From positions 32,001 through 96,000 of the forward strand of contig CAWEMM010000014.1 of assembly GCA_963810095.1 (NCBI GenBank): a stretch of DNA of 64,000 bases, given 5' to 3'. The position numbers were made by a program, and so were the translations under genes. Every line of letters starts with the position of its first letter. Position 1 is the first letter of the stretch. Below, in pieces: positions 33,626 through 45,052 of the stretch. The stretch comes from an uncultured Chloroflexia bacterium. GTDB taxonomy: Bacteria; Chloroflexota; Anaerolineae; CG2-30-64-16. The notes below the pieces were generated by a model. The model was not told the origin of the DNA. It was given only the letters and a program-made list of their open reading frames with translations, and did no database searches.

Positions 33626-34469
33626 TCAGGAGAGGAGGTCGGGGGGCGCGGGGCGTTCGAGCGAACGCAAGTGTTGGAGCGCGCGCCGAGCCGCCGCGTC
33701 GGGGTGAGGCAGGGGCATGAACTCGCCTGAGACGAAACCGCCGTAGTTCGATCTTTGCAGCACATCCAGCAGCCTGGCGAAGTCCACGTGCCCCGCGCCG
33801 GGGTACCAGCGATTCGAGTCCGCCACGTGGACGTGGAATAACCGCCCGCCCGCGGCCTGCAGGCTCGCCTCGATAGACGGCTCTTCGATGTTGGCGTGGA
33901 ACGTGTCGAAGAGGAGGCCCAGGTTGGGCGAGCCCACCCGGTCGATCAAGTCCAGCCCTTGCGCGACCGTGTTGACCAGGGTCGTCTCATACCGGTTGAT
34001 CGGCTCGAGCGCGATTCGCACGCCCGACTTGCCCGCCTCCCAGCAGCACTCCCGGCAGCGCCCCGGTGATCCAGTCCAGCGCTTGCGCCTGGCTCACCCG
34101 CGGGCGGCCGATGCCACGCAGCAGGCCGACGATCACCAGCGCACCGAGCCGCTGGGCCAAGGGGAGGTGGGCCTTCGTGCGCTCGATGGCCGCCCGGCGA
34201 ACCGCCGGGTCGGGGTCCGAGTAGGACAGACCTTCTTCACCCCACGCCTGGCCTGTGCCAATGGCCGGTACGACCAACCCGCAGGATGCCACCAGCTCGG
34301 CCAGTTCCCCCGCATCGACCAGCCGCGGATCACGGATCGCGAGCTCGACTCCGTCATAACCCCAACCGGCGATTTTGGCGACGTTCGCTGCGAGATCCCC
34401 TTTAAGCGCGACGGCCTCGAAGCGGGCCTGCTGCACCGAAAGGACGATACTGAGCTTGAGGGGGGACAC
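33626..34469 (-). CDS. TIM-barrel sugar epimerase, IolO (5-keto-L-gluconate epimerase)-like; frameshift ~34053
   Basis: GYDGVELAIRDP, PAIGTGQAWGEEGLS, EPINRYET, DTFHANIEE, HVADSNR. Confidence 0.75.
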
Positions 34470-34502
34470 TTGAGACCTCCGAGGTATCGGGCGGGGGCCC
34501 GG

Positions 34503-35321
34503 TTAGCCGGCGAACGCCTGCTGCATCCACGCCAGGCACGCGGCCACCGCCGGCTCGGGGTCCAGGACGTAGGACATGCCCAGTTCGGCCGAGACATAGC
34601 CGGCGTAACCCGCCGACTTCAGCGCGGCCACAAACGGCGCGAAGTCGATCGTGCCCGAGCCGGGGAGCAGGTGTGAATCGGCCGAGCGGTCGTTGTCGTC
34701 CAGGTCGACGTGGCCGAGCAATGGGCCCAGCTTGCCGACACCCTCCGCGAGATCTTCGCCGTTCACGTGCAGATGGCCCGTGTCGAGCAGGATGCCAAGC
34801 TGCGGGTCGCCGACTTCGCGCATCATGCGCAGGCCGTCGTCTAGGGTCAGGATTTGGTTGGACTCGAAGCGGTGTGCCGGCTCGATGTAGACGCGCAGGC
34901 CCGTCCCGCGGGTGTATTCCAAAAGCTCGCAGATGCTGCGGCGCAGGCATTCCCAGCCCCGCTCACGCGGCTCGTCAAACCCGCTGAACCCCGCGCACAC
35001 GTGCACTGAAGGCGCGCGGAGCAGGAGCGCGTTGTCCACATTGTCCATGATATAACGCACGCTGTCGCGGCGCACCTTCTCGTTCGTGGAAGAGAGCAGG
35101 GATGGGTAGCGGAACTGCGCGGGGATGACGTGGCACACTTCCATCCCGTACTCTGCGAGCAGGTCCTGGATTTCGCCGAGCTGCGCGTGGAGGTCCTGGC
35201 GGTACATGTGCGGCCGGCCGCCCCAAACCGAAATGCCGTCGTACCCGAGGCGGCCCAGGCTTCGGATCGCGTACTGAAGCGAGTAGTTGCTGTAGACAAA
35301 CGATGATTGGGCGAACTTCAT
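34503..35321 (-). CDS. TIM-barrel sugar epimerase, FrlC-like
   Basis: LGYDGISVWGGRPH (as in FrlC N-terminus); metal ligands in EPAH, DTGH, HVDLDD and SAE. Confidence 0.72.
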   Translation of the reverse strand: MKFAQSSFVYSNYSLQYAIRSLGRLGYDGISVWGGRPHMYRQDLHAQLGEIQDLLAEYGMEVCHVIPAQFRYPSLLSSTNEKVRRDSVRYIMDNVDNALLLRAPSVHVCAGFSGFDEPRERGWECLRRSICELLEYTRGTGLRVYIEPAHRFESNQILTLDDGLRMMREVGDPQLGILLDTGHLHVNGEDLAEGVGKLGPLLGHVDLDDNDRSADSHLLPGSGTIDFAPFVAALKSAGYAGYVSAELGMSYVLDPEPAVAACLAWMQQAFAG

Positions 35322-36570
35322 ACGGCCTCACAGGCGGCCAGCCGGTCGCGGAGTGTGTCGAACTCGCCGTACTCCTGCGCCGTATCCAGCATGGCGACGA
35401 TATTCTCGGGCGGCACGTTCGCTTGGATGTTGTGAACCTGGTTGAAGATAAAGCCACCGCCCGGCGCCAGGATGTCGATCTGCCGGCGGACATGGTCGGC
35501 CACCCCCTGCGGCGACGCCTCGGGGAGGACGTGCTGCGTATCGCACCCGCCGCCCCAGAAAACCAGGTCCCGGCCGAACTCCCGCTTGAGCCGGGCGGGG
35601 TCCATGCCCACGGCGGAGATCTGAACCGGGTTCAGAATGTCGACGCCCGCCTCGATCAGGTCAGGGATCAGCGGGTAGATGCCACCGCAGCAATGCAGGA
35701 AGACCGGCAGGCCGCTGCGCGCTTTGATGAACTGCCACACCTGGCTGTGACACGGCTTGACGAGGCGCCGGTACATGCGCGGCGACAGCTGCGGGCCGGC
35801 CTGGGTCCCCAGGTCGTCGCCCACCTGGACGATGTCGACAAACTCCCCCACTGCGTCGAGATACCGGTCGAGGTCCGCGCAGGCTGTGTCCGCCAGCCGC
35901 CGCAGCAGGGCTTCGGCCAGTGCGGGGCGGGCGCCCAGGTCTTCCATGAAGCGCTGCCAACCGCGCGCAAATTGTGCGCCTTCATAGATGCGAATGCCGG
36001 TGAGCGCGACAATCGCCTTGTCCGTCGTCGCTCGCAGGCGCTGCGCCTCGGTCCGCAGCCAGGCCAGCTCCGTGTCGGAGAGGGCGGGCGGCGACCACGC
36101 TTCGATCTCGGCCACGCTCGTCGCGTCCGCAAGCGGCTCGTAGACCGGCTCGAAGTAGAGCCCTTCCGGCGGCATCCGGTACAGGATGTGACCCGCCGTG
36201 TCGCGTATCTCCAGGCCCCCATCCTCCCGGCGGACGGGATGCAAGCCGTCCGGGATCTGCGCCGGCGACCCGTCGGGCAGGGTCCACGGCTTCCACGCCG
36301 GGCGGGCGGGATCGAGGCCGATGGCGGCGCGGGGCAGGGGCAGCGCGTCGAGCCCGAAGCGTGCGACGATGCTCATCTCGGGCTGCGCAAGCTGCTGCAT
36401 GATGTCGTACATCTGCGTCTGCCCGCCGGCCATGTGCAGATGCGCCTTCAGCCGGTTGTACGCGATGGCGTGAATGCCCGACGAGCGCATGGCGCCGAGG
36501 TCGATGGGGATGCGGTCGGCCTCCTGGTGGCGCACTGCTGCCAGGAGGCGGTCGCGCGAAGTCGGGGGTG

Positions 36571-36574
<4 letters not shown>
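35318..36574 (-). CDS. URO-D/MtaA-CmuA methyltransferase-like protein #1
   Basis: [49 protein letters not shown]. Confidence 0.85.
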
Positions 36575-37586
<1,012 letters not shown>

Positions 37587-37590
<4 letters not shown>

Positions 37591-38648
37591 GCCGTCACCT
37601 CCACGCCACTCGCCGGGGCAGCCTCTCCGGCTGCTCCGTGATACAGGAAGCAGCTGACCCGCTGCTGCTCGCCGACGGGCAAGAGCGCGGGCGAGTGTTG
37701 GTCGCACACGCCGGGCATGAACCGTGAGCAGCGGGGATAGAAGGGACAGCCCTTGGGCCGGTTGAACGGGTGCGGGATCGACCCGGTGATCGTGGGCAGA
37801 TTCGCCCGCGGTGCCATGTGAATGCTGGGGATCGACTCGAGCAGCGCATGGGTGTAGGGATGCTTCGGGCTGTGAAAAATCATGTCCACCGGCCCCTGCT
37901 CCACGACAAGACCCAGGTACATCACCGTGACGTAGTCCGCCATCTGGGCGATGACGCCGAGGTCGTGGGTGATGAAGATGATGGCTGAGTTGCGCTCCTG
38001 CTGCAGCCGGCGCAGCAGCTTCAGCACCTGCGCCTGCGTCGTCACGTCGACCGCAGTCGTCGGTTCGTCCGCGATGAGGATTGCGGGGTTGCACGAGAGC
38101 GCCATGGCGATCATCGCCCGCTGGCGCAGCCCGCCGCTCAACTGCCACGAATAGGCGTCGAGTCGCTGATCTGCTTCCGGGATGCCAACTTCCTTGAGCA
38201 TTTGGAGTGCGATATTGCGCGCGTCGCGGGCATTCACGCGCCGGTGCAGCTGAATCGCCTCGATGATCTGGTCGCCAATGGTGTGGACCGGACTGAAGGC
38301 AGCCATGGGCTCCTGGGGGATCAACCCGATCTGCCCACCCCGGATGTCGCGCATCTCCGCGCCTTTCGCGTCCAGCTTCGCCAGGTCGAGCATGCGAGTC
38401 GATCCATCTTTGGCCGTGCGCCGCATAATCATCTCTCCGCTCACGATGCGGCCGGGTGGCTCGACGATACGCAGCAGCGCCTTCATCGTCACGCTCTTGC
38501 CACAGCCACTCTCGCCGACGATCCCGAAGACCTGGCCGGGCTGAACGTCCAAAGAGATTCCGTCGACCGCCTTGACCACCCCTTCATCCATGAAGAAGTG
38601 GACCTTGAGGTCTCGGATTGAAAGCAGGGTATCGGCTTGTTGATTCAT
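37587..38648 (-). CDS. Opp/Dpp-type ABC ATPase (OppD-like)
   Basis: [31 protein letters not shown]. Confidence 0.92.
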
Positions 38649-38672
38649 GCGCCAAGTCCTTGACTGTGCAAC

Positions 38673-39812
38673 TCAGTGGCTGTAGGGATCGGCGGCATCG
38701 CGCAGGCCATCGCCGACGAGGTTGAACGCCAGCACGGAGATGACCACGGCCAGGCCGGGGATCAATAGCCAGGACGCCTGCGCAACCGTCTGGATGTTCT
38801 GGGCTTCCTGCAGCAGCACGCCCCAGCTAATAGCAGGGGGGCGGATGCCCAGCCCGAGGAAGCTCAGCGAAGTCTCGCTGATGATCATCACAGGGATGGC
38901 AAGCGTGCTCGTGGCGATGATGTGGCTCGAAAACGACGGGACCATGTGGTGCACGATAATCCGGTAGCGGCTGGCACCCGACAGTTCCGCAGCCAACACG
39001 AAATCCTCTTCGCGCAAGGAGAGAAAACGACCCCGGACCTCCCGAGCCAGCGTGGTCCAGCCGATGAAGGCCAGGATGATCGTGATGGCAAAAAAGACAC
39101 GCTCGGGCGGCCACCAGCGAGGCAGCGCCGCGGTCATGGCGAGCCAGATCGGGATGGTCGGCAGCGACTGGAGGATCTCGATCATCCGCTGGATGACGAG
39201 GTCGGGAATCCCGCCGAAATAGCCTGACACGCCGCCCAGAAGCACGCCGAGTATGACGCTCAGGAATACTGCGATCAAACCGACGGTCATGGATGTGCGT
39301 GTCCCGAACATCAGGCGCGACCACTGGTCGCGACCAAGGCGATCGGACCCAATGAGGTAGAACTTCTCGGCCGATTCCGGATCTTTCAACCCCAGGAGAT
39401 GAACGTTTGTCCTCATCCCGAGCACCTTGTACTCGTACCCCTGGGCGAAGAACTGGAGCGGAATGCGCTTATCCGGGTTGACCGTCCATTCCATGCGCAA
39501 GGTGACCTTATTCCGCTTGCCCTCGATGCCGGGCACGGACATGAAGTAGCCGTAGCGGAAGAATGAAATCCGCTGAGGTGGAATAAAGATTTGCTTTGCA
39601 CTGGTTTCGTAAGGATCGAAGGTGGCAAAGAACGCCGGCACCAGGACGATCGCGTAGAATAAGATCAGCACGAAGATGCTGACGACGGCGAGCTTGTTTT
39701 TCCGAAAACGCCACCACACCAACTTCCAGTTCGGTGCGACTGAAACGTCATCCTCTGCTCGCGAGATTGTCGTCCGCTCTACCGGGGAGGCGCCTGGGAC
39801 AGCTTCGGTCAT
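38673..39812 (-). CDS. Opp/Dpp-type ABC permease (OppC-like)
   Basis: GSDRLGRD, AAELSGAS, SLSFLGLG, FNLVGDGLRDAADP. Confidence 0.92.
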   Translation of the reverse strand: MTEAVPGASPVERTTISRAEDDVSVAPNWKLVWWRFRKNKLAVVSIFVLILFYAIVLVPAFFATFDPYETSAKQIFIPPQRISFFRYGYFMSVPGIEGKRNKVTLRMEWTVNPDKRIPLQFFAQGYEYKVLGMRTNVHLLGLKDPESAEKFYLIGSDRLGRDQWSRLMFGTRTSMTVGLIAVFLSVILGVLLGGVSGYFGGIPDLVIQRMIEILQSLPTIPIWLAMTAALPRWWPPERVFFAITIILAFIGWTTLAREVRGRFLSLREEDFVLAAELSGASRYRIIVHHMVPSFSSHIIATSTLAIPVMIISETSLSFLGLGIRPPAISWGVLLQEAQNIQTVAQASWLLIPGLAVVISVLAFNLVGDGLRDAADPYSH

Positions 39813-39813
39813 C

Positions 39814-40806
39814 TTAGTTGCCTCCTTCCATGCGGATGCGCGGGTCGGCCACGGCCAGCAGCACGTCCGAGATCAGCGTGCCGACGATCGTGAGCAGACA
39901 GTAGATCAGGAGGATGCTGCCGGCCAGGTACATGTCCTGCTGTTGCAGGGCCCGCAGCAGCAGGGGGCCGATGTTGGGGATGTTCATCACGGTCGCCACG
40001 ATCAGGCTGCCGGAGAAGAGCTGAGGCAGGTACCAGCCGATCGTGCTGATGAGTGGGTTGAAGGCCAGCCGCACCGGGTACTTCATCACCAGGCGCCACT
40101 CGGACAGCCCTTTGGCGCGGGCGGTGATGACATATTGCTTGTTGAGCTCGTCGAGCAGGTTTGCACGCATGATGCGGGTGAGGCGGGCCGTGCCCGCCAC
40201 GCCAAGGACGATCGCGGCCACCCAGATGTGTTTCATCAGGTCGGCGAAGCGCGCCCAGCTCCACGGCGCCTGCACGAATTGGGGTGAGAAGAGGCCGGTG
40301 ATGCTGATGCCGAGCTTGTCAAACGCAAACCACATCAGGATCAGGGCCAGCAGGAAGTTCGGGATCGCCACGCCGACATAGTTAAACACGGTGATGATAT
40401 AGTCAAACACGGTGTTAGGATGCGTGGCCGAGTAGATCCCGCAGGGTATGGCGATCGCCCAGGTGATGATGAAGGCAAAAAGCGCCAGTGCCACGGTCAG
40501 GAGCAGGCGCTCGCCGATCAACTCGCCGTTTGGCCGCTGATACTCGAGCGAACGTCCCAGGTCACCCTTGAGGAGACCGCTCATCCAACGGCTATACTGA
40601 ACCGTTACCGGCTGGTCGACCCCAAACTGCACTTTAAGCGCGTCGACCTGCGCTTGGTCCATCGAGGAGCCGGACGAAGCAAGGGTTGCGATATAGCTGG
40701 TGAGGAAGTCGCCCGGCGGTGCTTGAACCAGGCCAAACACGATGATCGAGAAGATCAGGATCAGGACCGGCAGCAGCAGCAAGCGCTGGACAATGTATCT
40801 GAGCAT
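39814..40806 (-). CDS. Opp/Dpp-type ABC permease (OppB-like)
   Basis: MLRYIVQRL, PPGD, GDLGRS, TARAKGL, DPRIR. Confidence 0.92.
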   Translation of the reverse strand: MLRYIVQRLLLLPVLILIFSIIVFGLVQAPPGDFLTSYIATLASSGSSMDQAQVDALKVQFGVDQPVTVQYSRWMSGLLKGDLGRSLEYQRPNGELIGERLLLTVALALFAFIITWAIAIPCGIYSATHPNTVFDYIITVFNYVGVAIPNFLLALILMWFAFDKLGISITGLFSPQFVQAPWSWARFADLMKHIWVAAIVLGVAGTARLTRIMRANLLDELNKQYVITARAKGLSEWRLVMKYPVRLAFNPLISTIGWYLPQLFSGSLIVATVMNIPNIGPLLLRALQQQDMYLAGSILLIYCLLTIVGTLISDVLLAVADPRIRMEGGN

Positions 40807-40845
40807 AAGTGCACCCTCGCAGAAGGCCCCTTCGCATGGATCACG

Positions 40846-40894
40846 GGTTGCGGGTTTGAGACCCCGCCCAAGGCGGCGCCTCAAACCCGCAACC
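40846..40894. terminator. Stem-loop between binding-protein and permease genes
   Basis: GGTTGCGGGTTTGAG ... CTCAAACCCGCAACC, perfect 15-bp arms. Confidence 0.6.
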
Positions 40895-40907
40895 AAGAAC
40901 GGTGAGA

Positions 40908-42995
40908 CTACTGCTGGAAGAACCAGATCTCGGGCTTGCCGTTGCCCGGCGTGCGGAGAGCCCAGTCCTTGGTCAGGTTTTCCGGCACGTTCTTCAGGTT
41001 CTTGTTGACCACGGCGACGCCCTGGTCCATGGCGGTGAGGCCGATGGTGCCGATGTCGTACAGGTTCTCAACCCAGATGGTGTTGATTTCCTTGGCGATT
41101 TCGGCCTGGCGGTCGGGGCCGGCGCTCTTGGCCTCGTCCTGGAGTTCGACGATCTTCTTCCACGGCGCGGGCGGCTCGACGCCTTCCTTGCCGTTGGTGT
41201 CGTACCAGTTCTTCCACAGCGGCCCGTAGGTCAGGTTGCCGTAGAGCGGCAGGCGGATGTCGAACTTGGTCGAGCCGCTGAACATGGTGCCGGCGGAGTC
41301 CTGGTTCCAGACTTCGGCCTGGAGTTCGTTGGCCTGGCGCATCTGGAAGTGCAGGTCGCGCTCGCGGGTTTGGAGGTCGACCCAGATGCCCACCTTCTTC
41401 AGGTCGGCAACGGCGAGTTCGGCTACGTCGACGTACGCGCCCAGGGCGGGCACCGCCGACAGCTCGAAGCCAACGCGCTTGCCGCTGGGCAGCAGGCGAT
41501 AGCCGTCCGCGTCACGCTTGGTGTAGCCCAGCTTGTCCAGGATTGCGTTCGCCTCGTCGGGCTTGTACTCGGTGTACATCTGGGCCACATCGTCGCCGGG
41601 GTACCAGGGGTGCCCCGCCTTGATGATGCCCATGCGCGGTTCGCCCGTGCCCAGGAAGACAGATTCCTGGATCTCGGGCCGGTTGATGGCGTAGGAGACG
41701 GCCTTGCGGAACTCCAGGTCCGACCACATCTTGGTCAGTTCCGGGTCCTTCTGGTAGGTCATGTTGAAGATGATGCCGGCCTCGTCGCCGCCGGTGCTCG
41801 ACCACAGGTAGATGTTGTACTTGCCCGACTTCTGCTCTTCTTCCTTCAGAACCGGGTAGTTCTTCAGGTCGATGTGGCGTTCCTGCTCGTCGAGCTCGCC
41901 TGCGATCGCGGCCAGGTTCAGCGCTGCTTTGTCCGCGAAGAACTTGACGTCGATCTTGTCCATGTACGGCAGCTGGTTGCCGGCCTGGTCCACGCCCACG
42001 TAGTACGGGTTGCGCTCGAGGGTGAGGATCTGGTCGCCCATGCGGTTCATGGCCTTCCAGGCCGCCATCACGGGGCGATCCGGGTTATCGAACTGGTCCT
42101 GCTTGAGGTAGAACAGCTCGCCCCAGGTCTTCAGGCCCGCTTCGGAAACCATCTTGTCCAGCGCAGCCTTGTCGGCGTAGGCCGTATGGAACTGCTTCAG
42201 GTAGTGGGCGGGCAGGAACATGGGATAGTTCTTGTCGCCCGCGTCCTTCTGCGCGATTTCCTGGAGGAAGAGCGTCTGCGGCGAAGCGAAGGTGAACTTG
42301 ACGCTGTAGTCGTCGACCTTCTCCACCTTGACCTCGCTCCCATCCTTGTTCAGGAGCCAGGACGGCTTCGAGGGGCTGATTTCCTTGTTGTTCACCACGT
42401 CGTTGTACCAGAACATGATGTCGTCCGCGGTGAACGGCTCGCCGTCAGACCACTTGCTGCCCTCGCGGAGCTTGATGGTCCACTCGGTGAAGTTGTCGTT
42501 CGGGGTGACGCTCTCCGCGTACTTCATCTCGACGCTGGCGCCGTCGACGGAGAAGCGGACGAGGCCGTCGTTGACGATGCGGATGAGGCCGTTGCGGTCG
42601 GACGGGCCGACAAAGCCACGATGCCACGTTCCGCCATATTGGCCGACTGCCGGCGCTTCAATGACGTACGGGGTCTTCGGCAGGCGTTCCTCGACGCCCG
42701 GCAGCTTGCCGGCCTTGACCAGTTCGGCCAGCATCGGGGCCTCGTTGTACTTGCTTGTCGGAGCCGGTACTGCGGTGGGCTCAGGCGCCTTCGTGGGCTC
42801 GGGCGCAGTCGTTGGGGCAGGGGCCGCGGTCGGCTCGGGGGCCTTGGTCGGCTCCGCGACAGGCGCCTTGGTCGGCTCGGCGACCGGCGCGGTGGTGGCT
42901 GCCGGCGCCGGCGCAGCGGGCGTCGAGCAGGCGGTGAGCACGAACCCCAGGATCAGGATCATGCTCAGGAGCGTGAGGACAGTCTTGCGATTCAT
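40908..42995 (-). CDS. Family-5 (Opp-type) substrate-binding lipoprotein, probably sugar-binding, with Pro/Thr/Ala repeat linker
   Basis: Lipobox LTAC; APVAEPTK repeats; EAPMLAELVKAGKLPGVEERLP; KWSDGEPFTADD; ERNPYY...GNQLPY. Confidence 0.9.
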   Translation of the reverse strand: MNRKTVLTLLSMILILGFVLTACSTPAAPAPAATTAPVAEPTKAPVAEPTKAPEPTAAPAPTTAPEPTKAPEPTAVPAPTSKYNEAPMLAELVKAGKLPGVEERLPKTPYVIEAPAVGQYGGTWHRGFVGPSDRNGLIRIVNDGLVRFSVDGASVEMKYAESVTPNDNFTEWTIKLREGSKWSDGEPFTADDIMFWYNDVVNNKEISPSKPSWLLNKDGSEVKVEKVDDYSVKFTFASPQTLFLQEIAQKDAGDKNYPMFLPAHYLKQFHTAYADKAALDKMVSEAGLKTWGELFYLKQDQFDNPDRPVMAAWKAMNRMGDQILTLERNPYYVGVDQAGNQLPYMDKIDVKFFADKAALNLAAIAGELDEQERHIDLKNYPVLKEEEQKSGKYNIYLWSSTGGDEAGIIFNMTYQKDPELTKMWSDLEFRKAVSYAINRPEIQESVFLGTGEPRMGIIKAGHPWYPGDDVAQMYTEYKPDEANAILDKLGYTKRDADGYRLLPSGKRVGFELSAVPALGAYVDVAELAVADLKKVGIWVDLQTRERDLHFQMRQANELQAEVWNQDSAGTMFSGSTKFDIRLPLYGNLTYGPLWKNWYDTNGKEGVEPPAPWKKIVELQDEAKSAGPDRQAEIAKEINTIWVENLYDIGTIGLTAMDQGVAVVNKNLKNVPENLTKDWALRTPGNGKPEIWFFQQ

Positions 42996-43225
42996 TTTTC
43001 CCTTTCTCCTCGGTGAGATGGTGGACGACATCTGGATTGGATGTCTCTGGTGGATAAACGACAGGACTCCGGGTTTGCTTAACTCCGCTCGTTGAGACGA
43101 CTTGCCAACCGAACGGGTCCGGCAACCGAAAAGGCGAGACGGAGCTGGCAGCCGCACCTCCCCTTCTTGTGGGCCGGCGGCGCTTTGCACCTGCCGGCTC
43201 CCGTGGCCCACGATGTGAGCAACGG

Positions 43226-44119
43226 TCACAGGCTCAATCGTTGAGCGTAGGTCTCCAGGAACTGTTTGCCCTGGACGAAACACCGCTCCAGGTTCGGCAT
43301 TTGCTCGAGGTCGACGGCATAGTAGCCGTCGAACCCCTGGCGCTTCAACGCGAGGAAGACTTCTTCCCAGTCGATCGTGCCCGTTCCGGGCAGGAAGTGC
43401 CGGTTCACCAGCCCGTCGTTATCGGCGACATGGACGTACCGGATGTGGCGGCCAAGTTTTTCGACGCTGAGCGGCAGCATTTCCTTCTGGGCGTGCTGGT
43501 GCGCCGTATCGAGGATGACGCCCAGGTTGTCGTCGCCGACGGCATCGAGCAGGCGCAGGAGCGCTTCGGTGTTAGAAGTGAGCTCTCCAACCCGGGGTTC
43601 GACCAGGAGCTGTACGCCATGCTCGCCTGCGATCTGCGTGCAGCGCTGCATGACCCGCACGTAGTGCTCCCAAAACCGGGGCCAACTGAACCCCGCAGGG
43701 ATGCGAATGCGGGGGGTCTGCCCGAAGACGATCTGTTCGGTCATCAACGTCCCGCTGACCACCTCGACCGGGGGAAAGTAGCTATCCACCCAGACGTTGG
43801 GCGAGCCCAGGTAGGCGGCAGTGCGGACGCCCTCCGTGAAGGCCGCGAGCGCCGGACCCGCAACAGCAGGATCTTCGCTGACGACCTCGGGCAGGATGAT
43901 GGCGAAGTTCGAGAGCTCGACGTTCGCGCGCTGCAAAGCATCGCGGAATGCGTCGCGATTGTCGATGACGGCGCGCAGGTTTTCAGGGCCGACTCCCTCG
44001 AGCTCGACGTACTTGAAGCCGAGCGATGCCATTTCGGGGATGGCCTTGAGCATATCTGGCAGGCGCGGGGGGAAGCCGTACTTCCCGATCGCGTACATCC
44101 AGCAGCAGACGATTTTCAT
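43226..44119 (-). CDS. TIM-barrel sugar phosphate isomerase/epimerase
   Basis: YVELEG, VEPRVGE, LDTAH, HVADNDG, PGTGTIDW. Confidence 0.8.
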   Translation of the reverse strand: MKIVCCWMYAIGKYGFPPRLPDMLKAIPEMASLGFKYVELEGVGPENLRAVIDNRDAFRDALQRANVELSNFAIILPEVVSEDPAVAGPALAAFTEGVRTAAYLGSPNVWVDSYFPPVEVVSGTLMTEQIVFGQTPRIRIPAGFSWPRFWEHYVRVMQRCTQIAGEHGVQLLVEPRVGELTSNTEALLRLLDAVGDDNLGVILDTAHQHAQKEMLPLSVEKLGRHIRYVHVADNDGLVNRHFLPGTGTIDWEEVFLALKRQGFDGYYAVDLEQMPNLERCFVQGKQFLETYAQRLSL

Positions 44120-44159
44120 CCTGGATTATCCTTCACTCGTGACCTTGCAGCTCCCGCGC

Positions 44160-45005
44160 TCAGCCGTTAATGATTGCTTCGGCCCCGCGAATCCACACGT
44201 GGTCGGGATCGTCGCTCCATGCGCCATAGACCCGTTTCATGCCGCACAGCGCCCAGATATAGACCAGTTGATAGCCTGCCGCAGCCACCAGCGGGTGGTA
44301 GCCACGGGGAATGGCCACTGCGTCGCCGTCTTCCACCACGTACACTTCGTCCAGCCTGTCGGCGATGCCCGCAGGCTCGTAGACCCGCTGGAACCCGTAG
44401 CCGCCGGCCGGCTTGAAAAGGTAGAAGTAGACTTCCTCGTAGATCGACTCGTTCGGCGGGTTCTCGACGTCGTGTTTGTGGGGTGGATAGGACGTCCAGT
44501 TGCCGGGCGGCACGAGCGTCTCGGCCATCATCAGCCGGCGAGTCGTCGCTTCGCCCGAGGCCAGGTTCACGCTGGTGCCCGGGCGGATGGTGCGTGACCA
44601 GTTCTTCGCGCCGGCACGGTTCTCGGGCAGGTCGTTTGGGCCGATCACCGCGACGGGCAGGCCCGGGTCGGCCGGCGTGAGCGAGACGGCCATGTCGAGC
44701 CCTGCCGTCAGCGCGGTGAAGCAGTAACGCGTGCCCGGCGGGAGGCAGACAAGGGTCGGACCGGCCGCAAAGGGGTTGCTGCGGCCGCCCAAATGATCGA
44801 AGGCTGGTCCACCTGCGATCTCGAGACGGCAAGCGCCAGAGATGATGTCGAAGACGGCCTCGCGGGGACCGGTGTCGCCTTCCAGCGGGCGTTCGGGAAG
44901 GACGCCGGCGCGGCCGAACTCGAGCATCTTCAAGATGCCGTCGCCGGGACCGGCGATCTTGACGTACCCTTCGCGGAACCCCGCACCCTTTACGAGTAGA
45001 TTCAT
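44160..45005 (-). CDS. iolB: 5-deoxy-glucuronate isomerase (IolB/KduI family)
   Basis: GNWTSYPPHKHD, EEVYFY, GYGFQRVY, IPRGYHP. Confidence 0.85.
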   Translation of the reverse strand: MNLLVKGAGFREGYVKIAGPGDGILKMLEFGRAGVLPERPLEGDTGPREAVFDIISGACRLEIAGGPAFDHLGGRSNPFAAGPTLVCLPPGTRYCFTALTAGLDMAVSLTPADPGLPVAVIGPNDLPENRAGAKNWSRTIRPGTSVNLASGEATTRRLMMAETLVPPGNWTSYPPHKHDVENPPNESIYEEVYFYLFKPAGGYGFQRVYEPAGIADRLDEVYVVEDGDAVAIPRGYHPLVAAAGYQLVYIWALCGMKRVYGAWSDDPDHVWIRGAEAIING

Positions 45006-45052
45006 GCTGTGTCTCTCTCCGTCGAATGAGCCACGCGCGGCCGCCCGTGTCG

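Noticed and set aside
42770-42920. DNA repeat element within the binding-protein gene
   Set aside because: It encodes an ordinary Pro/Thr/Ala lipoprotein linker.
40902-43016. 704-aa antisense ORF and other long shadow ORFs (e.g. 58499-60445 minus, 35303-36622 plus)
   Set aside because: They are high-GC shadows of well-supported genes on the opposite strand and have no recognisable motifs.
43214-43230. CRP-like site TGTGA-N7-TCACA upstream of the binding-protein gene
   Set aside because: The spacing is wrong (7 rather than 6) and it overlaps a stop codon.
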